Source: Synechococcales cyanobacterium VAR_4_metabat_354 (lineage in GTDB: Bacteria; Cyanobacteriota; Cyanobacteriia; Cyanobacteriales; Chamaesiphonaceae). From it: DNA of 64,000 bases. Every line of letters begins with the position of its first letter. Position 1 is the stretch's first letter. Where the stretch lies: positions 95,693-159,692 of the forward strand of contig JANOQI010000031.1 of assembly GCA_031414775.1 (NCBI GenBank), in the 5' to 3' direction. The notes under the pieces are model-generated. The model saw nothing but the letters and a program-made list of their open reading frames with translations, searched no databases and was not told where the DNA came from. The position numbers were made by a program, and so were the translations under genes. This document shows, piece by piece, positions 9,648 through 20,272 of this stretch.

Positions 9648-10625
9648 CTAGCTAGCCACATAGTCTCGGAAACTGCCATGACAGCGCCGCAGATGTGAGA
9701 GTGCCTGATGCTCTAGTTGTCTGACTCTTTCGCGGCTGAGATGGAGGATTTCTCCCACCTTAGCCAAAGACATTTCGACATCGCCGTCTAAGCCAAATCG
9801 CAGAGTCAGTACGTGACGTTGCTGAGGAGTCAGCTCTGCCAATATTTCTTGCAGCTCTTGGCGAAGATTGTCTTGCGCCGTATAGTTTTCTGGGGAAATG
9901 CTCGCATCTTCTAACAACTCAGATAGCTCGGTATCTTGGTTATCACCCACCCGTACATCTAGGGAGATGGGTTGACGCGAAATGGTTAGGTATTCACGAA
10001 TTTGGCTTGGCTCTAGTGATAGTGCCTGGGCAATTTCTAGCGTTGTGGGGTTGCGACCTAGCTCTTGAGATAGTTCTCGTTGAGTTTTTTTGATTTTGTT
10101 AAGCTTTTCGGTGATGTGGATGGGCAAACGAATGGAACGGGCTTGCTGGGCGATCGCTCGGGTAATGGCTTGTCTAATCCACCAGTAAGCATAGGTCGAA
10201 AATTTGTAGCCCCGCGTCGGGTCAAATTTTTCTACTCCTCTTTCTAGACCTAGTGATCCCTCTTGAATTAAATCTAGGAATTCTAAGTTGCGTTTTTGAT
10301 ATTTTTTGGCGATTGCTACCACTAAACGCAAGTTAGCTTCAATCATTCTTTTTTTTGCTATTGCGCCCTGTCGCAGGATGCGTTGCAGATCGACTTCACT
10401 AATTTCCGCCTGAGTAGCCCACTCGGCGTTACTAAGTGATGTAGCTTGCTCGTGTTGAATTTTTTCTTTTAGTTCTTGCAATTGCATCATTTGTTGTACT
10501 TGCTTACCAAAACTAATTTCTTCCTCATGAGTGAGCAGTGGTACCCGGCCAATTTCATGTAGGTAGGCACGGATTGTATCACCGTGATACCGGGGTTGTC
10601 GATCGGTCATTTTTTTGCTGGACAT
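9648..10625 (-). CDS. sigB: Group 2 RNA polymerase sigma factor, SigB-like
   Basis: YLHEIGRVPLLTHE..GKQVQQMM, KKYQKRNLEFLDLIQEG and SLDVRVGDNQDTEL match the SigB clade. ATG 10625 chosen as start. Confidence 0.85.
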   Translation of the reverse strand: MSSKKMTDRQPRYHGDTIRAYLHEIGRVPLLTHEEEISFGKQVQQMMQLQELKEKIQHEQATSLSNAEWATQAEISEVDLQRILRQGAIAKKRMIEANLRLVVAIAKKYQKRNLEFLDLIQEGSLGLERGVEKFDPTRGYKFSTYAYWWIRQAITRAIAQQARSIRLPIHITEKLNKIKKTQRELSQELGRNPTTLEIAQALSLEPSQIREYLTISRQPISLDVRVGDNQDTELSELLEDASISPENYTAQDNLRQELQEILAELTPQQRHVLTLRFGLDGDVEMSLAKVGEILHLSRERVRQLEHQALSHLRRCHGSFRDYVAS

Positions 10626-10868
10626 ATCTGTTTCACTCCCGGTCAAAATAGTTAGACGGTCAGGGCAAGTAAGTTAATAAGGCTGAGCTTGCACTAATGG
10701 CTATTGAAAATACATGGTTTAACCTTAACTATTGTTACGACACTAGCAGAATCTTTTTGTTCCAAAACTTAATTTATTATTAAGCATTTTTAAACTAGGT
10801 CTTATGGCTGTTCGTCGTCTATCCAGTTGTTTAGTTCTTACAATTAGGGACAACATAATTCCAGAATG

Positions 10869-12653
10869 TCACAGATAGTTAATAATGTCAGTACAATAGA
10901 TGATAGTGGAATCTGGCTCAGATAAATGACATAATTGTGACAGGTTTGTTCGACGCCATTCACTATCTTGCTGAGCATTAGTAGCTATTTCCCAGACTCT
11001 AATCCCTGGTTCATTGATATGTCTTAGTTGCTGCTGAAATCCTGACCAAGAGGTGATTCTTTGATAGCTAATCTGGTATGCCATACACAGCATCGAAAAA
11101 TCTACATTTTGTGGAGTTACGAAAAATTCTTGAAAGGGTGGATCAAACTTTGCGATCGAAAGCATCGTAAAAATACCACCGCCATTGTTATTAATTAATA
11201 GAATTGTTAAGCTTCCCTGGAACTGTTGTCGCAGTAAAAGTCCATTGGTATCATGCAGCAGTGAAAGATCGCCAGTAATGAGTATTACTGGCTGTGTTAT
11301 TCTGTGTGCAACGCCTAATGCGGTGGAAAGAGTGCCATCGATGCCATTGGCACCGCGATTTCCTAATGGTCGGTATTGTTGATTATTGGGTCGCCAAAAA
11401 AATTCCATATCCCGAATTGGCATACTGTTGGCGATAAATACGATGGTGGCTGGAGGCAATGATTGGGATAGCAGCCAGGGAATTTTGCATTCGCACAGCC
11501 GATCGATCTCGACCATCGTACGATCGATCAATTTACGAGTTTGTCGGTCTAGTGCCAGCCAGTTTTTACTATAGCCAGAAATGGTGGCGTGATCCCGATT
11601 CTGACAATGTTTGGCTATTTCGGTCACTGGAATTCTTAGATAGCTAGCATTGAGGTGGAGCGCGTTTACGTTCTGCTCACTAGTTTCGATAATCCAAGTA
11701 CGAGGTCTGATTCGGCTTAGCCATTGCCGTAATTCTTTGCTGGTTGGCAAATCGCCAATTTGGATAATTACTTCCGGGGTAAGACTTGGTAACACTGTGG
11801 CATTACGCAGAATTAGATCGTAACTAGAAACCAGGTAGGGATTTAAGTCGGCATAGTTACGTAGTGGTGATAGTCCTTCAGCTAATACTGGCCAGCCTAG
11901 AAATTGGGAGATTTGTCCGATCGATCGAGCATAGTCTAGGGGATCAAGGGGTTGAGACACCCCGGCAATAATCAGACCCCTGGTCGCCTGCCAATCAGTC
12001 GGAATTGACCACTGGGTAATAGATAGTCGGGAGAGATTCGGGATTGCTGGGGGCGGAAAATCGGCTAGAGTAGTTGCCAGTGCTTGGATTTCTGGTTGGC
12101 TAATGGGCGGTAGTGGATCGCAGAAAGGTAGGTTGAGATGAACGCCGCCAGGTGTTGGTGTAATAGTGCGTTCCCAGGCGTAGCTAATGGTCTGTTGCAG
12201 ATAGGCCAGTAGGTTTGGCTGGCTGCTGGGGACGGCGATTTCGGCTTGCCAATTGGGATAGTCACCATAGAGTTTAACTTGATCGATCGTTTGACCAGAG
12301 TGACAATCGCGTAGTTCCGGCGGTCGATCGGCAGTCAGAATTAATAAGGGTACCCGGCTTTCGCGGGCTTCGATGACAGCCGGGTAAAAGTTGGCGGCAG
12401 CAGTGCCAGAAGTGCAGACTAACGCCGCTGGTCGCCCAGTGCGTTTAGCATGACCGAGGGCGAAGAAGGCGGCGGAGCGCTCATCTAAAACTGAAACTGC
12501 CTCGATGTGGGGAGCCTGGGCAAAGGCGACAGCTAAGGGGGTGGAGCGGGAGCCGGGACAAATGACGGCTAGCGATACGCCTAAATATTGAAGGGTATCG
12601 ACGAGGACGGAAGCCCAGAGGGTGTTGATATTCCGAAAGTCTAGATCTGCCAA
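10869..12653 (-). CDS. menD: SEPHCHC synthase (phylloquinone/menaquinone biosynthesis)
   Basis: CPGSRSTPL, DERSAAFFALG, CTSGTA, NRGANGIDG and GDLSLLHD motifs. Confidence 0.97.
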   Translation of the reverse strand: MADLDFRNINTLWASVLVDTLQYLGVSLAVICPGSRSTPLAVAFAQAPHIEAVSVLDERSAAFFALGHAKRTGRPAALVCTSGTAAANFYPAVIEARESRVPLLILTADRPPELRDCHSGQTIDQVKLYGDYPNWQAEIAVPSSQPNLLAYLQQTISYAWERTITPTPGGVHLNLPFCDPLPPISQPEIQALATTLADFPPPAIPNLSRLSITQWSIPTDWQATRGLIIAGVSQPLDPLDYARSIGQISQFLGWPVLAEGLSPLRNYADLNPYLVSSYDLILRNATVLPSLTPEVIIQIGDLPTSKELRQWLSRIRPRTWIIETSEQNVNALHLNASYLRIPVTEIAKHCQNRDHATISGYSKNWLALDRQTRKLIDRTMVEIDRLCECKIPWLLSQSLPPATIVFIANSMPIRDMEFFWRPNNQQYRPLGNRGANGIDGTLSTALGVAHRITQPVILITGDLSLLHDTNGLLLRQQFQGSLTILLINNNGGGIFTMLSIAKFDPPFQEFFVTPQNVDFSMLCMAYQISYQRITSWSGFQQQLRHINEPGIRVWEIATNAQQDSEWRRTNLSQLCHLSEPDSTIIYCTDIINYL

Positions 12654-12765
12654 GGTTGATCGGTCATAAAAGGCTGATGATAAGTCTATTGTACTGTTTC
12701 GTCTATTCTCTGGAAAATCGATACCTTGCCACTAAGTTGGCCGGATTACTGAATCAGGATTATAG

Positions 12766-13455
12766 CTATATTGTATTTCTAGTGATTTTAAGCATCTGAT
12801 TGCCACCGGGCTGTAGTTCATATTTGACCGGTTGGATTTCACAATTGAAACCCAGAGCTTGTAGTTGGATGATGATTGGTTGTAAGTATGGTGATGGTTT
12901 CAGCATCAGTGTCAGAAGGGGAAATATGCGCACCTCGTTACAAATGCGGAGCATTTCTATGATGGAGTCGAGGTGGAACTGTTGATCGAGGTGATCGGAG
13001 TACAGAAATAAAAAGTGGGAAGATAATCCTAGACTGTATGCGGATTTCGGGTATTTGAGGTGGGGCATTTCGCCGACTTCGTAGCGGTTACTGGCTTTCC
13101 CGACGGCATAGTCGCTCGCAAATAAATCCATGACTTGCTCGCGATGGACGCGGAGGGTGGCGGGGGATTTGTGGTAGTTCCAAACCCAATCATCGGGAGT
13201 GCTGGCGACTTGGGCAATGATGTTATCAACCACGGCATCAAATCTGGTTCTGATTTGGTTGGTGGTGAAGGTATAGAGGGGATCGATCGACTTTATTTCA
13301 TAGCCAAGTTTGGTGCCTTCGGCGTTGAAACTGGCCGGACCATCACCGACACTGAGGATTGATCGGCTGAAATCTTCTTCAGTTAGGGTGAACATGTGGA
13401 TGTATTCGTCAAGCGATCGACCAAAGGGAACAATGTTTTCTAGATGCATTACCAT
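12766..13455 (-). CDS. Putative SAM-dependent methyltransferase
   Basis: GRSLDEY..MF, GDGPASFN, SSHFLFLY and EVRIFPL conserved family motifs. Confidence 0.75.
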   Translation of the reverse strand: MVMHLENIVPFGRSLDEYIHMFTLTEEDFSRSILSVGDGPASFNAEGTKLGYEIKSIDPLYTFTTNQIRTRFDAVVDNIIAQVASTPDDWVWNYHKSPATLRVHREQVMDLFASDYAVGKASNRYEVGEMPHLKYPKSAYSLGLSSHFLFLYSDHLDQQFHLDSIIEMLRICNEVRIFPLLTLMLKPSPYLQPIIIQLQALGFNCEIQPVKYELQPGGNQMLKITRNTI

Positions 13456-13547
13456 GTGCTGTTTGTCCCTTGCTGCTCAGGAGAGGTCATTATACTGGGT
13501 AAATTGATTTTGGAGATAGTCGGTTTTTTGGGGAGTAATCAGATTTA

Positions 13548-15329
13548 CTAAATCGGATCGACGGCCTGAGTTTTCTTGATAGCTTTAGCCCGAGACTTCT
13601 TGACCGGTGAAGTCAACGGTACATTGCGGGAAGCCGTCTTACTCCCCGTCACCTTCAATAACAAAGCATCGGCAAAGGCAATCGATTCTGCCGCCGTATG
13701 TCCACCAGCCAACTGGGCAATCTCCTCCCGTCGCCGATTAGACTCCAACCGCTCAATTTTCACCACTGTGCGTTCCGCTGCTTTTTTGCCCTGACCCTCC
13801 TTATGGACATGAAAATGAGCATCGGCCATCGCCGCCATAATTGGTTGGTGGGTGACGCAGAGAATTTGATGATAGGAGGTTAGTTGTTGTAGTTTATCGG
13901 CAATCAACTGCGTTACTTTCCCCGACACTCCCGTATCAATTTCATCGAAAATCAGCGTACTTGTGCCAGTCACCGCCGAAAAACAAGCTTTCAATGCCAG
14001 TAAAAAGCGACTCATTTCCCCACCAGAAGCCGTAGCTACCAATGGCTGCATTACTTCCCCCGGATTAGGGCTAAACAAAAAAGTGATGATATCAGCACCA
14101 TGTTGGCTAGGGGGCTGGGGCTGAAAATCTACCTGAAATTTTACCTTGGCCATGCCTAAAGGCTGTAGTTCACTAATTAGCTGTTGCTCTAAGGTTTCTG
14201 CGGCACTGTAGCGTAATTTAGTCAGTCGATCGCACTCCGCCACCAATTCATCATGTTGCTGCTGTACTAATTGGGTTAAAGCGGCGATCGATTCACCCGC
14301 ACCCGTAAGATCCACCAACTCTGCTTGGATCTGCTGGTAATATTCGATTACCCCCGCCAAGTCGTTGTTATAGCGCCGACAGAGCTGCTTCAAAAACCGC
14401 AGCCGTTCTTCGATTTCTTCTAAGCGCGTTGGGTCGGCTTCCAAACCATCACCATAGCTATTTACCTCTCGTCCGGCATAAATAATTTGTGATAGTCCAT
14501 TGCTTACTGCTTCCAAAATGGTCTGAAGCTGGGGGTCAATATCTACCATTCCCATCAGTACATTCTCGGCTTTGCCCAATAAATCTGCCGCTGCCGAAAT
14601 TTCACCACTATCGTTTTGATAGAGCAGTTGATAGACCTGATAACTATGCTGCTGTAAATCTACCACATGATTGAGGGTGCAGTGCTCTTGCTCCAGTGTT
14701 TCCAGTTCATCTGGCGCTTCTAAATTCGCTAAATCTAGTTCTTGCAAATGAAACTGCAACAGGCTAACTTTTTCTGATCGAGTTTGGGCTTGGAGTTGTC
14801 GATCGACTAACTGCTGCTGAGTCTGTTGCCAGGTCAGAAATAACTTAGCCACCAGCTGCTGCTGCCGTTGGAGCTTCATGCCACCATAACCATCTAAGAG
14901 CTGTCGCTGGCCAGCTAACAACTGCCCGGTCTGTCCCTGAGCAGTAATTTCAACTAAATGCTCGCGTAAGTTGGTCATCATTTGCTTATTCACCAGCGAG
15001 CCATTGACTCGTAAGCGCGATCGCAAGTTCTTACCATTCAAGCTAATTTCCCGACTACAAACTAAATCGGTATGTATCGCAATCTTGTTAGCCTGGAGCC
15101 ATTCGGCAATTTGGGCTGGGGGGCGAAATATCCCCTCTAACAATGACTGTTTGGCACCTGTACGCACCATGCGGCTGTGTACTGACCCACCCAGCAGCGC
15201 ATCGATCGCATCTAAGATAATCGACTTCCCCGCCCCGGTTTCGCCAGTGAGAACATTTAGCCCCTGGTCGAAATCGATCGTCAATTCATCAATCAGAGCA
15301 AAGTTGCTAATGCGTAAAGACAGTAACAT
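13548..15329 (-). CDS. recN: DNA repair protein RecN
   Basis: NFALID, TGETGAGKS, ASGGEMSR, FDEIDTG and CVTHQP motifs. Start at ATG 15329 (MLLSLRI). Confidence 0.97.
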   Translation of the reverse strand: MLLSLRISNFALIDELTIDFDQGLNVLTGETGAGKSIILDAIDALLGGSVHSRMVRTGAKQSLLEGIFRPPAQIAEWLQANKIAIHTDLVCSREISLNGKNLRSRLRVNGSLVNKQMMTNLREHLVEITAQGQTGQLLAGQRQLLDGYGGMKLQRQQQLVAKLFLTWQQTQQQLVDRQLQAQTRSEKVSLLQFHLQELDLANLEAPDELETLEQEHCTLNHVVDLQQHSYQVYQLLYQNDSGEISAAADLLGKAENVLMGMVDIDPQLQTILEAVSNGLSQIIYAGREVNSYGDGLEADPTRLEEIEERLRFLKQLCRRYNNDLAGVIEYYQQIQAELVDLTGAGESIAALTQLVQQQHDELVAECDRLTKLRYSAAETLEQQLISELQPLGMAKVKFQVDFQPQPPSQHGADIITFLFSPNPGEVMQPLVATASGGEMSRFLLALKACFSAVTGTSTLIFDEIDTGVSGKVTQLIADKLQQLTSYHQILCVTHQPIMAAMADAHFHVHKEGQGKKAAERTVVKIERLESNRRREEIAQLAGGHTAAESIAFADALLLKVTGSKTASRNVPLTSPVKKSRAKAIKKTQAVDPI

Positions 15330-15399
15330 TAGATAACAAAAGATAAAGTTAATTTGGGGCGTTCTGCAATCATCACCTAGCAAAAGGCTAGGCAGAATT

Positions 15400-15417
15400 G
15401 TTACAATACTTTACAAG
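15400..15417 (+). promoter_or_regulatory. HLR1-like (RpaB) direct repeat
   Basis: GTTACAAT-AC-TTTACAAG fits (G/T)TTACA(T/A)(T/A)-N2-(G/T)TTACA(T/A)(T/A) with one mismatch. It lies in the recN/ABC1 divergent region. Confidence 0.55.
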
Positions 15418-15442
15418 CTTACATACTCCGAGATTCTTGATT

Positions 15443-17401
15443 ATGAACATGGCCTCCCACGAACCCCCGGCACAGATGACGATCGAAGCCACTTCGGTTG
15501 AGCTAGAGGAGCAGTGGCATGACCCTAATGATAGTTCGTGGCTGCGTTACGATCCAGAGGCGGTAGCGGAGTATTACAAATCTAAGATTTTTCAGGTGTG
15601 GGGGAGGGCAATCGCCATCTTCCTTCCCATGGTAGGCTTTGCCCTAGGAATTTGGTGGGATAAGACCTGGGGGAGACTCCAAAAGAACGAACTGAAACGG
15701 GCTGTGCAAATGCGGAAGCTATTGACCAAGCTCGGTCCTGCTTACATCAAAATCGGCCAAGCCTTGTCTACTCGCCCCGACTTGGTACCACCGGTCTACC
15801 TCGAAGAACTAACCCGGCTCCAAGATAAAATCCCGCCCTTTTCCAACGATATCGCTTTTCAATTTATCGAAGAAGGACTAGGCGACAGACCCGAATATAT
15901 TTACGCCGAAATTAGTGCCGAACCGATCGCGGCTGCCTCCCTGGGGCAGGTCTACAAAGGCAAGCTCAAGACCGGCGAAACAGTGGCCATCAAAGTCCAA
16001 CGCCCCGGCTTGGTAGATAAAATTGCGCTAGATATCCATGTGATGCGCAGTCTTTGCCAATGGGCGCAAAACACCTTCTCTCGGATTCGTAGCAATCTAG
16101 TAGCGATCACCGATGAATTTGCCGAGCGCATTTTCGAGGAAATGGATTACGAAAATGAAGGCCGAAATGCCGAAAAGTTTGCCCAACTCTATGGCAGTTT
16201 TGAGGATATTTATGTCCCCAAAATCTACTGGGAATATACTTCGCGGCGGGTGCTAACCATGGAGTGGATTGATGGCATTAAGCTAACCGATGTAGAGGCA
16301 GTGGCGGCTAACGGCATTAATGCTACCTATCTAGTGGAAATTGGTGTGCAATGCTCGCTGCGACAATTATTAGATCATGGTTTTTTCCATGCTGATCCGC
16401 ATCCTGGCAACTTGTTAGCGATGTTCAATGGCAAGCTAGCTTACCTAGATTTTGGGATGATGAGTCAGGTCAAAGACTATCAACGCTATGGCTTACTAGA
16501 GGCGATCGTCCATTTAGTAAATCGCGATTTTGATGGTTTGACCAGAGACTATGTGAAGCTAGAGTTTTTAACTCCAGAGACCGATCTTAGCCCGATTATT
16601 CCAGCCCTGGCCAAGGTTTTCAACACCTCGATGGGTACCAGTGGCACCAATGTGGCTGAGCTGGATTTTAAAAGCGTGACCGATCAACTGTCTGGTGTGA
16701 TGTATGAGTTTCCGTTCCAGGTGCCAGCTTACTACGCGCTGATTATTCGCTCATTGGTTACCTTAGAAGGGATTGCGATCGCTGTCGATCCAGACTTCAA
16801 GGTCTTGAGCAAAGCCTATCCTTATGTAGCCAAGCGACTGCTCACTGATACCGCTCCTGAATTGCGTAGTTCGCTCCAAGATTTATTGTTTAAAGATGGC
16901 TATTTCCGCTGGAATCGCTTGGAGAACTTGCTCAATAACGCCCGTGATAGCGAAGAGTATGACTTGAGTTTGATCATGAATCAATCGATCGACTTCATTT
17001 TGTCCGATCGCGGTGCTTATATCCGGGACAAACTAGCCGATGAGGTGATTCGTAGTGTAGACGCTTTAGGTCAATCAACTTGGAGTCGTTTCACTGCCCG
17101 CTTTCAAGCGCAGCCGATCGCTCCCGATCCCGCTGCAACCAGTGCCGCTGATACTCTTGGCCATATCCAAAGAATTTGGGGCATCTTGCAACAGACCAAA
17201 GGCTTTGACCCGGTGGTAATCTTACCAATCATTCCCCAAATTCTTACCAAATCAGAAACTCAAAGTTTTGGGCGCAAGGTTGCTGGTGGTTTAGCCCAGC
17301 GTTTAGCAGTGAGGTTAATTCGCGAAGTATTGCTCCAAGACATACCTGCTGTTGTTGATGTCCCCTCCACAGCTTTACCACCAGTACGGCAAACAGCTTA
17401 G
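15443..17401 (+). CDS. AarF/ABC1/UbiB family atypical kinase
   Basis: LGPAYIKIGQALSTRPD, PIAAASLGQVY, VAIKVQRP, FFHADPHPGN and YLDFGMM motifs. Confidence 0.95.
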   Translation: MNMASHEPPAQMTIEATSVELEEQWHDPNDSSWLRYDPEAVAEYYKSKIFQVWGRAIAIFLPMVGFALGIWWDKTWGRLQKNELKRAVQMRKLLTKLGPAYIKIGQALSTRPDLVPPVYLEELTRLQDKIPPFSNDIAFQFIEEGLGDRPEYIYAEISAEPIAAASLGQVYKGKLKTGETVAIKVQRPGLVDKIALDIHVMRSLCQWAQNTFSRIRSNLVAITDEFAERIFEEMDYENEGRNAEKFAQLYGSFEDIYVPKIYWEYTSRRVLTMEWIDGIKLTDVEAVAANGINATYLVEIGVQCSLRQLLDHGFFHADPHPGNLLAMFNGKLAYLDFGMMSQVKDYQRYGLLEAIVHLVNRDFDGLTRDYVKLEFLTPETDLSPIIPALAKVFNTSMGTSGTNVAELDFKSVTDQLSGVMYEFPFQVPAYYALIIRSLVTLEGIAIAVDPDFKVLSKAYPYVAKRLLTDTAPELRSSLQDLLFKDGYFRWNRLENLLNNARDSEEYDLSLIMNQSIDFILSDRGAYIRDKLADEVIRSVDALGQSTWSRFTARFQAQPIAPDPAATSAADTLGHIQRIWGILQQTKGFDPVVILPIIPQILTKSETQSFGRKVAGGLAQRLAVRLIREVLLQDIPAVVDVPSTALPPVRQTA

Positions 17402-17469
17402 TACTTTTTGTAACCTTTGGAATTCCGGATATTTTCTATAATAGAAGGCAGAATTCTTCTGGTTTCTTT

Positions 17470-17931
17470 ATGAGTGGTCAAGATCAACAAGTCCACCAAC
17501 TCGCCCAGGCTGGCCGCACAGCGGCTCTGATCTCTCTCTTGGCTTGGGATCATAAATGGGCAACAGCCAAAGGGGAGTTCGATCGAACTCCTCTACACTA
17601 CGCGGCGGCGGCTGGATCGGCAGACTGCATTAAAGCCTTACTCTACCGCAGTCAATATTTGCACGTTACTTTAGAGCGTCCCCAGTCAGTACCCGCCGAG
17701 AAAGCTTTACTGCTGCAACAGCGAGCGACCTTTATCGACCCGCCAGATAATCTTTATGCCTGGACTCCATTGTTTTATGCTGTCCAAAGCGATTCCTTAG
17801 CCTGCGTCAAGCTGCTCCTAAGAGCTGGTGCCGATCCTAACCATGCGAGCAGTTGTGCCGAAACCCCCTTGGGCTACGGCAAATCTCTAGCTGTCCGTGC
17901 TTTGCTAATTGAGTACGGAGCAAAGCCATAA
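17470..17931 (+). CDS. Ankyrin-repeat protein
   Basis: RTPLHYAA...CIKALL, WTPLFYAV...CVKLLLRAGADPN and ETPL ankyrin motifs. Confidence 0.85.
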   Translation: MSGQDQQVHQLAQAGRTAALISLLAWDHKWATAKGEFDRTPLHYAAAAGSADCIKALLYRSQYLHVTLERPQSVPAEKALLLQQRATFIDPPDNLYAWTPLFYAVQSDSLACVKLLLRAGADPNHASSCAETPLGYGKSLAVRALLIEYGAKP

Positions 17932-17935
17932 AACA

Positions 17936-17967
17936 AGCCGCCCCTAGCATCAAGTCTAGCGACGGCT
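17936..17967. terminator. Imperfect hairpin between convergent genes
   Basis: AGCCG..CTAG-N8-CTAG..CGGCT. Confidence 0.4.
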
Positions 17968-18019
17968 ATTATCTATCTACAAGAACAGAAATTTTTAAGA
18001 TTTCAATCTAGTAAATCGA

Positions 18020-18538
18020 CTATTTCTTGAGACCGTTTAGAACACCCAAAATGCTGGTGATCGCGGAAGAAGCTTCTGCCTTTTTAGGAGATGCACTACC
18101 CATTACAGTTTTGAGTTTGTCAATGCCAGCTTCAATTAGGGGGTACTTATCGCCAGCGGCTGTTTTCACCATCGGGGAGGCCATTGTCCAAGCAGTTTCA
18201 AACTTAGCAAACTGACTTTTCGCGCCGGCCATATCACCTTTACCGATTGCGGTGTTAGCTTGCACCAAAGCTGATCTAACTGGGGAGACAGTCTTTTCTA
18301 AAGCTGCACCAGTAACCTTTTCACCACCAGCTTTCGCAGCGTCACCACCGGCTTTCATGGCATCGCCACCAGCTTTCATCGCATCATTACCGGCCTTGTT
18401 AGCTGTGTCAGCGGCTTTATTCGCTGTATCAGCAGCCTTGTTGGCTGTATCAGTAGCACCACCACAAGCGGTCAAAGTCGTTGACACAGCCAGGAGTAAG
18501 CCAGCAGCTACTGCCATTGATTTTTTATTAATAGACAT
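18020..18538 (-). CDS. Lipoprotein with heptad repeats
   Basis: Lipobox LTAC at Cys25; (DTANKAA/G)x3 then (N/GDAM/AKAG)x3; helical C-terminal domain. Confidence 0.8.
   Translation of the reverse strand: MSINKKSMAVAAGLLLAVSTTLTACGGATDTANKAADTANKAADTANKAGNDAMKAGGDAMKAGGDAAKAGGEKVTGAALEKTVSPVRSALVQANTAIGKGDMAGAKSQFAKFETAWTMASPMVKTAAGDKYPLIEAGIDKLKTVMGSASPKKAEASSAITSILGVLNGLKK
18326..18451 (-). repeat. 21-bp coding tandem repeat (6 units, two subtypes)
   Basis: Encodes DTANKAA DTANKAA DTANKAG NDAMKAG GDAMKAG GDAAKAG. Confidence 0.85.
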
Positions 18539-18577
18539 AAGAATCGATCCATCACAAACACTACAGCCTTCATTATA

Positions 18578-20272
18578 CTATTTTCCTTTGGCCGCTGCTT
18601 TGGCGGTTTTCGCTGCTTTCTTGGCGGCTTGCTCTACCGCCAGACGTTTTTGTTGTGCAGTTTCCTTTTCTTCTTGTAGTTTGTCTAAGTAGTAATGATA
18701 GTCACCGGCATAAACGCGGAACTCACCATCACGAATTTCAACAATTTTGTTGGCAACTTGAGAGATGAAATATCGATCGTGAGAAACCACTAGAGCTGTC
18801 CCATCATAGTTTTTCAGGGCATCTTCCAGCATTTCCTTGGCTGGAATATCTAAGTGATTAGTCGGCTCATCTAGGATCAACAAGTTAAAAGGTTTCAAGA
18901 GCATCTTGGCTAGAGCTAGACGCGCTTTTTCACCACCACTTAACGATTCCACTTTCTTGAAAACAGTGTCACCACTAAACAAAAAGCGTCCCAACAAGGT
19001 GCGAACTTCCTCGTTGCTCCATTCCGGCACTTCGTCATGAATGGTAAACATAACTGTTTTGTCTAAATCTAGTGCTTCGGCTTGATTTTGCTCAAAATAG
19101 CTGGGTAGCACTTGGTGCTGACCCAGGGAAATACTGCCCTCGGTGGGGGCTTCTACGCCCATAATCATCTTGAGCAGCGTCGATTTACCGCTGCCATTGG
19201 GACCTAAAAAGGCAATCCGATCGCCTTTTTCAATTAACAGGTCGGCACCGAGGAATAAAATCTTGTCGCCGTAGGTATGCACCAAGTTTTTGATATCGAC
19301 TACTTCGCGGCCACTGCGCGGCGCTGGTGGAAACCGGAAATGCAGAGTGCGACCACTGGAGAGCGGCGCTTCAATACGTTCAATTTTGTCCAGTTGTTTT
19401 TCCCGACTCTTGGCTTGGGTACTGCGGGTGGCACTGGCACGGAATTTTTCGACAAAGGCTTGTTGTTTTTCTAGTTCTTTTTGCTGACGCTCAAAAGCAC
19501 CGAGCAACGCCATTTCGTTTTCAGCCTTTTGATTGAGATAAGCTGTGTAATTACCTAAGTAACTGGTGGAAACACCGCGTTCGGTTTCGACAATCTGATT
19601 ACAGAGTCTGTCTAAAAATTCCCGGTCATGGGAGACAATGACCATCGGTGTTTCCAGTTTCCGCAGATAATTCTCTAGCCATTCGATCGTTTCTAGATCT
19701 AGGTGGTTGGTAGGTTCATCTAATAACAGCAGATCGGGGCTTTGCAACAGAATTTTGGCTAAACTCATCCGCATTTGCCAGCCACCACTAAACGCACTAA
19801 CTAATCGATCGGCATCTTCGGCTTCAAAACCCATTTCTGGCAAAATCTTGTCTATCTCGGCTTCTAAGGCGTAGCCGTTTAAGCCTTCGTATTGGCGCTG
19901 CAATTTGTCCATTTTGTTGAGCAGCTTGTCTAACTCTTCGGGAGTGGCCGCTTCTAATTGATGATGAACGACGCTGAGAGCTATATGCACGTCATTCGCT
20001 TGTCCGAAGGCTTGCCATAGTTCTTCTTTGACTGTGCGGGTACTATCAACTTCAAATTCTTGGCTGAGATAGGCAATATGTAAACTCGCTGGTCTAATGA
20101 TCTCGCCGCTAGTTGGCTCGGTTTTGCCCGCAATAATCTTGAGCTGAGTGGATTTACCAGCACCGTTGACCCCCACGAGGCCGATCCGATCGCCAGGCTT
20201 GACTTCCCAATTAATGTCTTTTAGAACTTCTCCAGTGGGGTAAATCTTGCTGATATGTTCTAGTCTGAGCAT
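18578..20272 (-). CDS. ABC-F family ATP-binding protein
   Basis: Two ABC domains (GVNGAGKST/FSGGWQMR/LLDEPTNHLD and GPNGSGKST/LSGGEKAR), no TM segments. Confidence 0.95.
   Translation of the reverse strand: MLRLEHISKIYPTGEVLKDINWEVKPGDRIGLVGVNGAGKSTQLKIIAGKTEPTSGEIIRPASLHIAYLSQEFEVDSTRTVKEELWQAFGQANDVHIALSVVHHQLEAATPEELDKLLNKMDKLQRQYEGLNGYALEAEIDKILPEMGFEAEDADRLVSAFSGGWQMRMSLAKILLQSPDLLLLDEPTNHLDLETIEWLENYLRKLETPMVIVSHDREFLDRLCNQIVETERGVSTSYLGNYTAYLNQKAENEMALLGAFERQQKELEKQQAFVEKFRASATRSTQAKSREKQLDKIERIEAPLSSGRTLHFRFPPAPRSGREVVDIKNLVHTYGDKILFLGADLLIEKGDRIAFLGPNGSGKSTLLKMIMGVEAPTEGSISLGQHQVLPSYFEQNQAEALDLDKTVMFTIHDEVPEWSNEEVRTLLGRFLFSGDTVFKKVESLSGGEKARLALAKMLLKPFNLLILDEPTNHLDIPAKEMLEDALKNYDGTALVVSHDRYFISQVANKIVEIRDGEFRVYAGDYHYYLDKLQEEKETAQQKRLAVEQAAKKAAKTAKAAAKGK

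Noticed and set aside
18252..18692. 146-aa plus-strand ORF with SPPAF repeats
   Set aside because: Antisense reading of the lipoprotein repeat.
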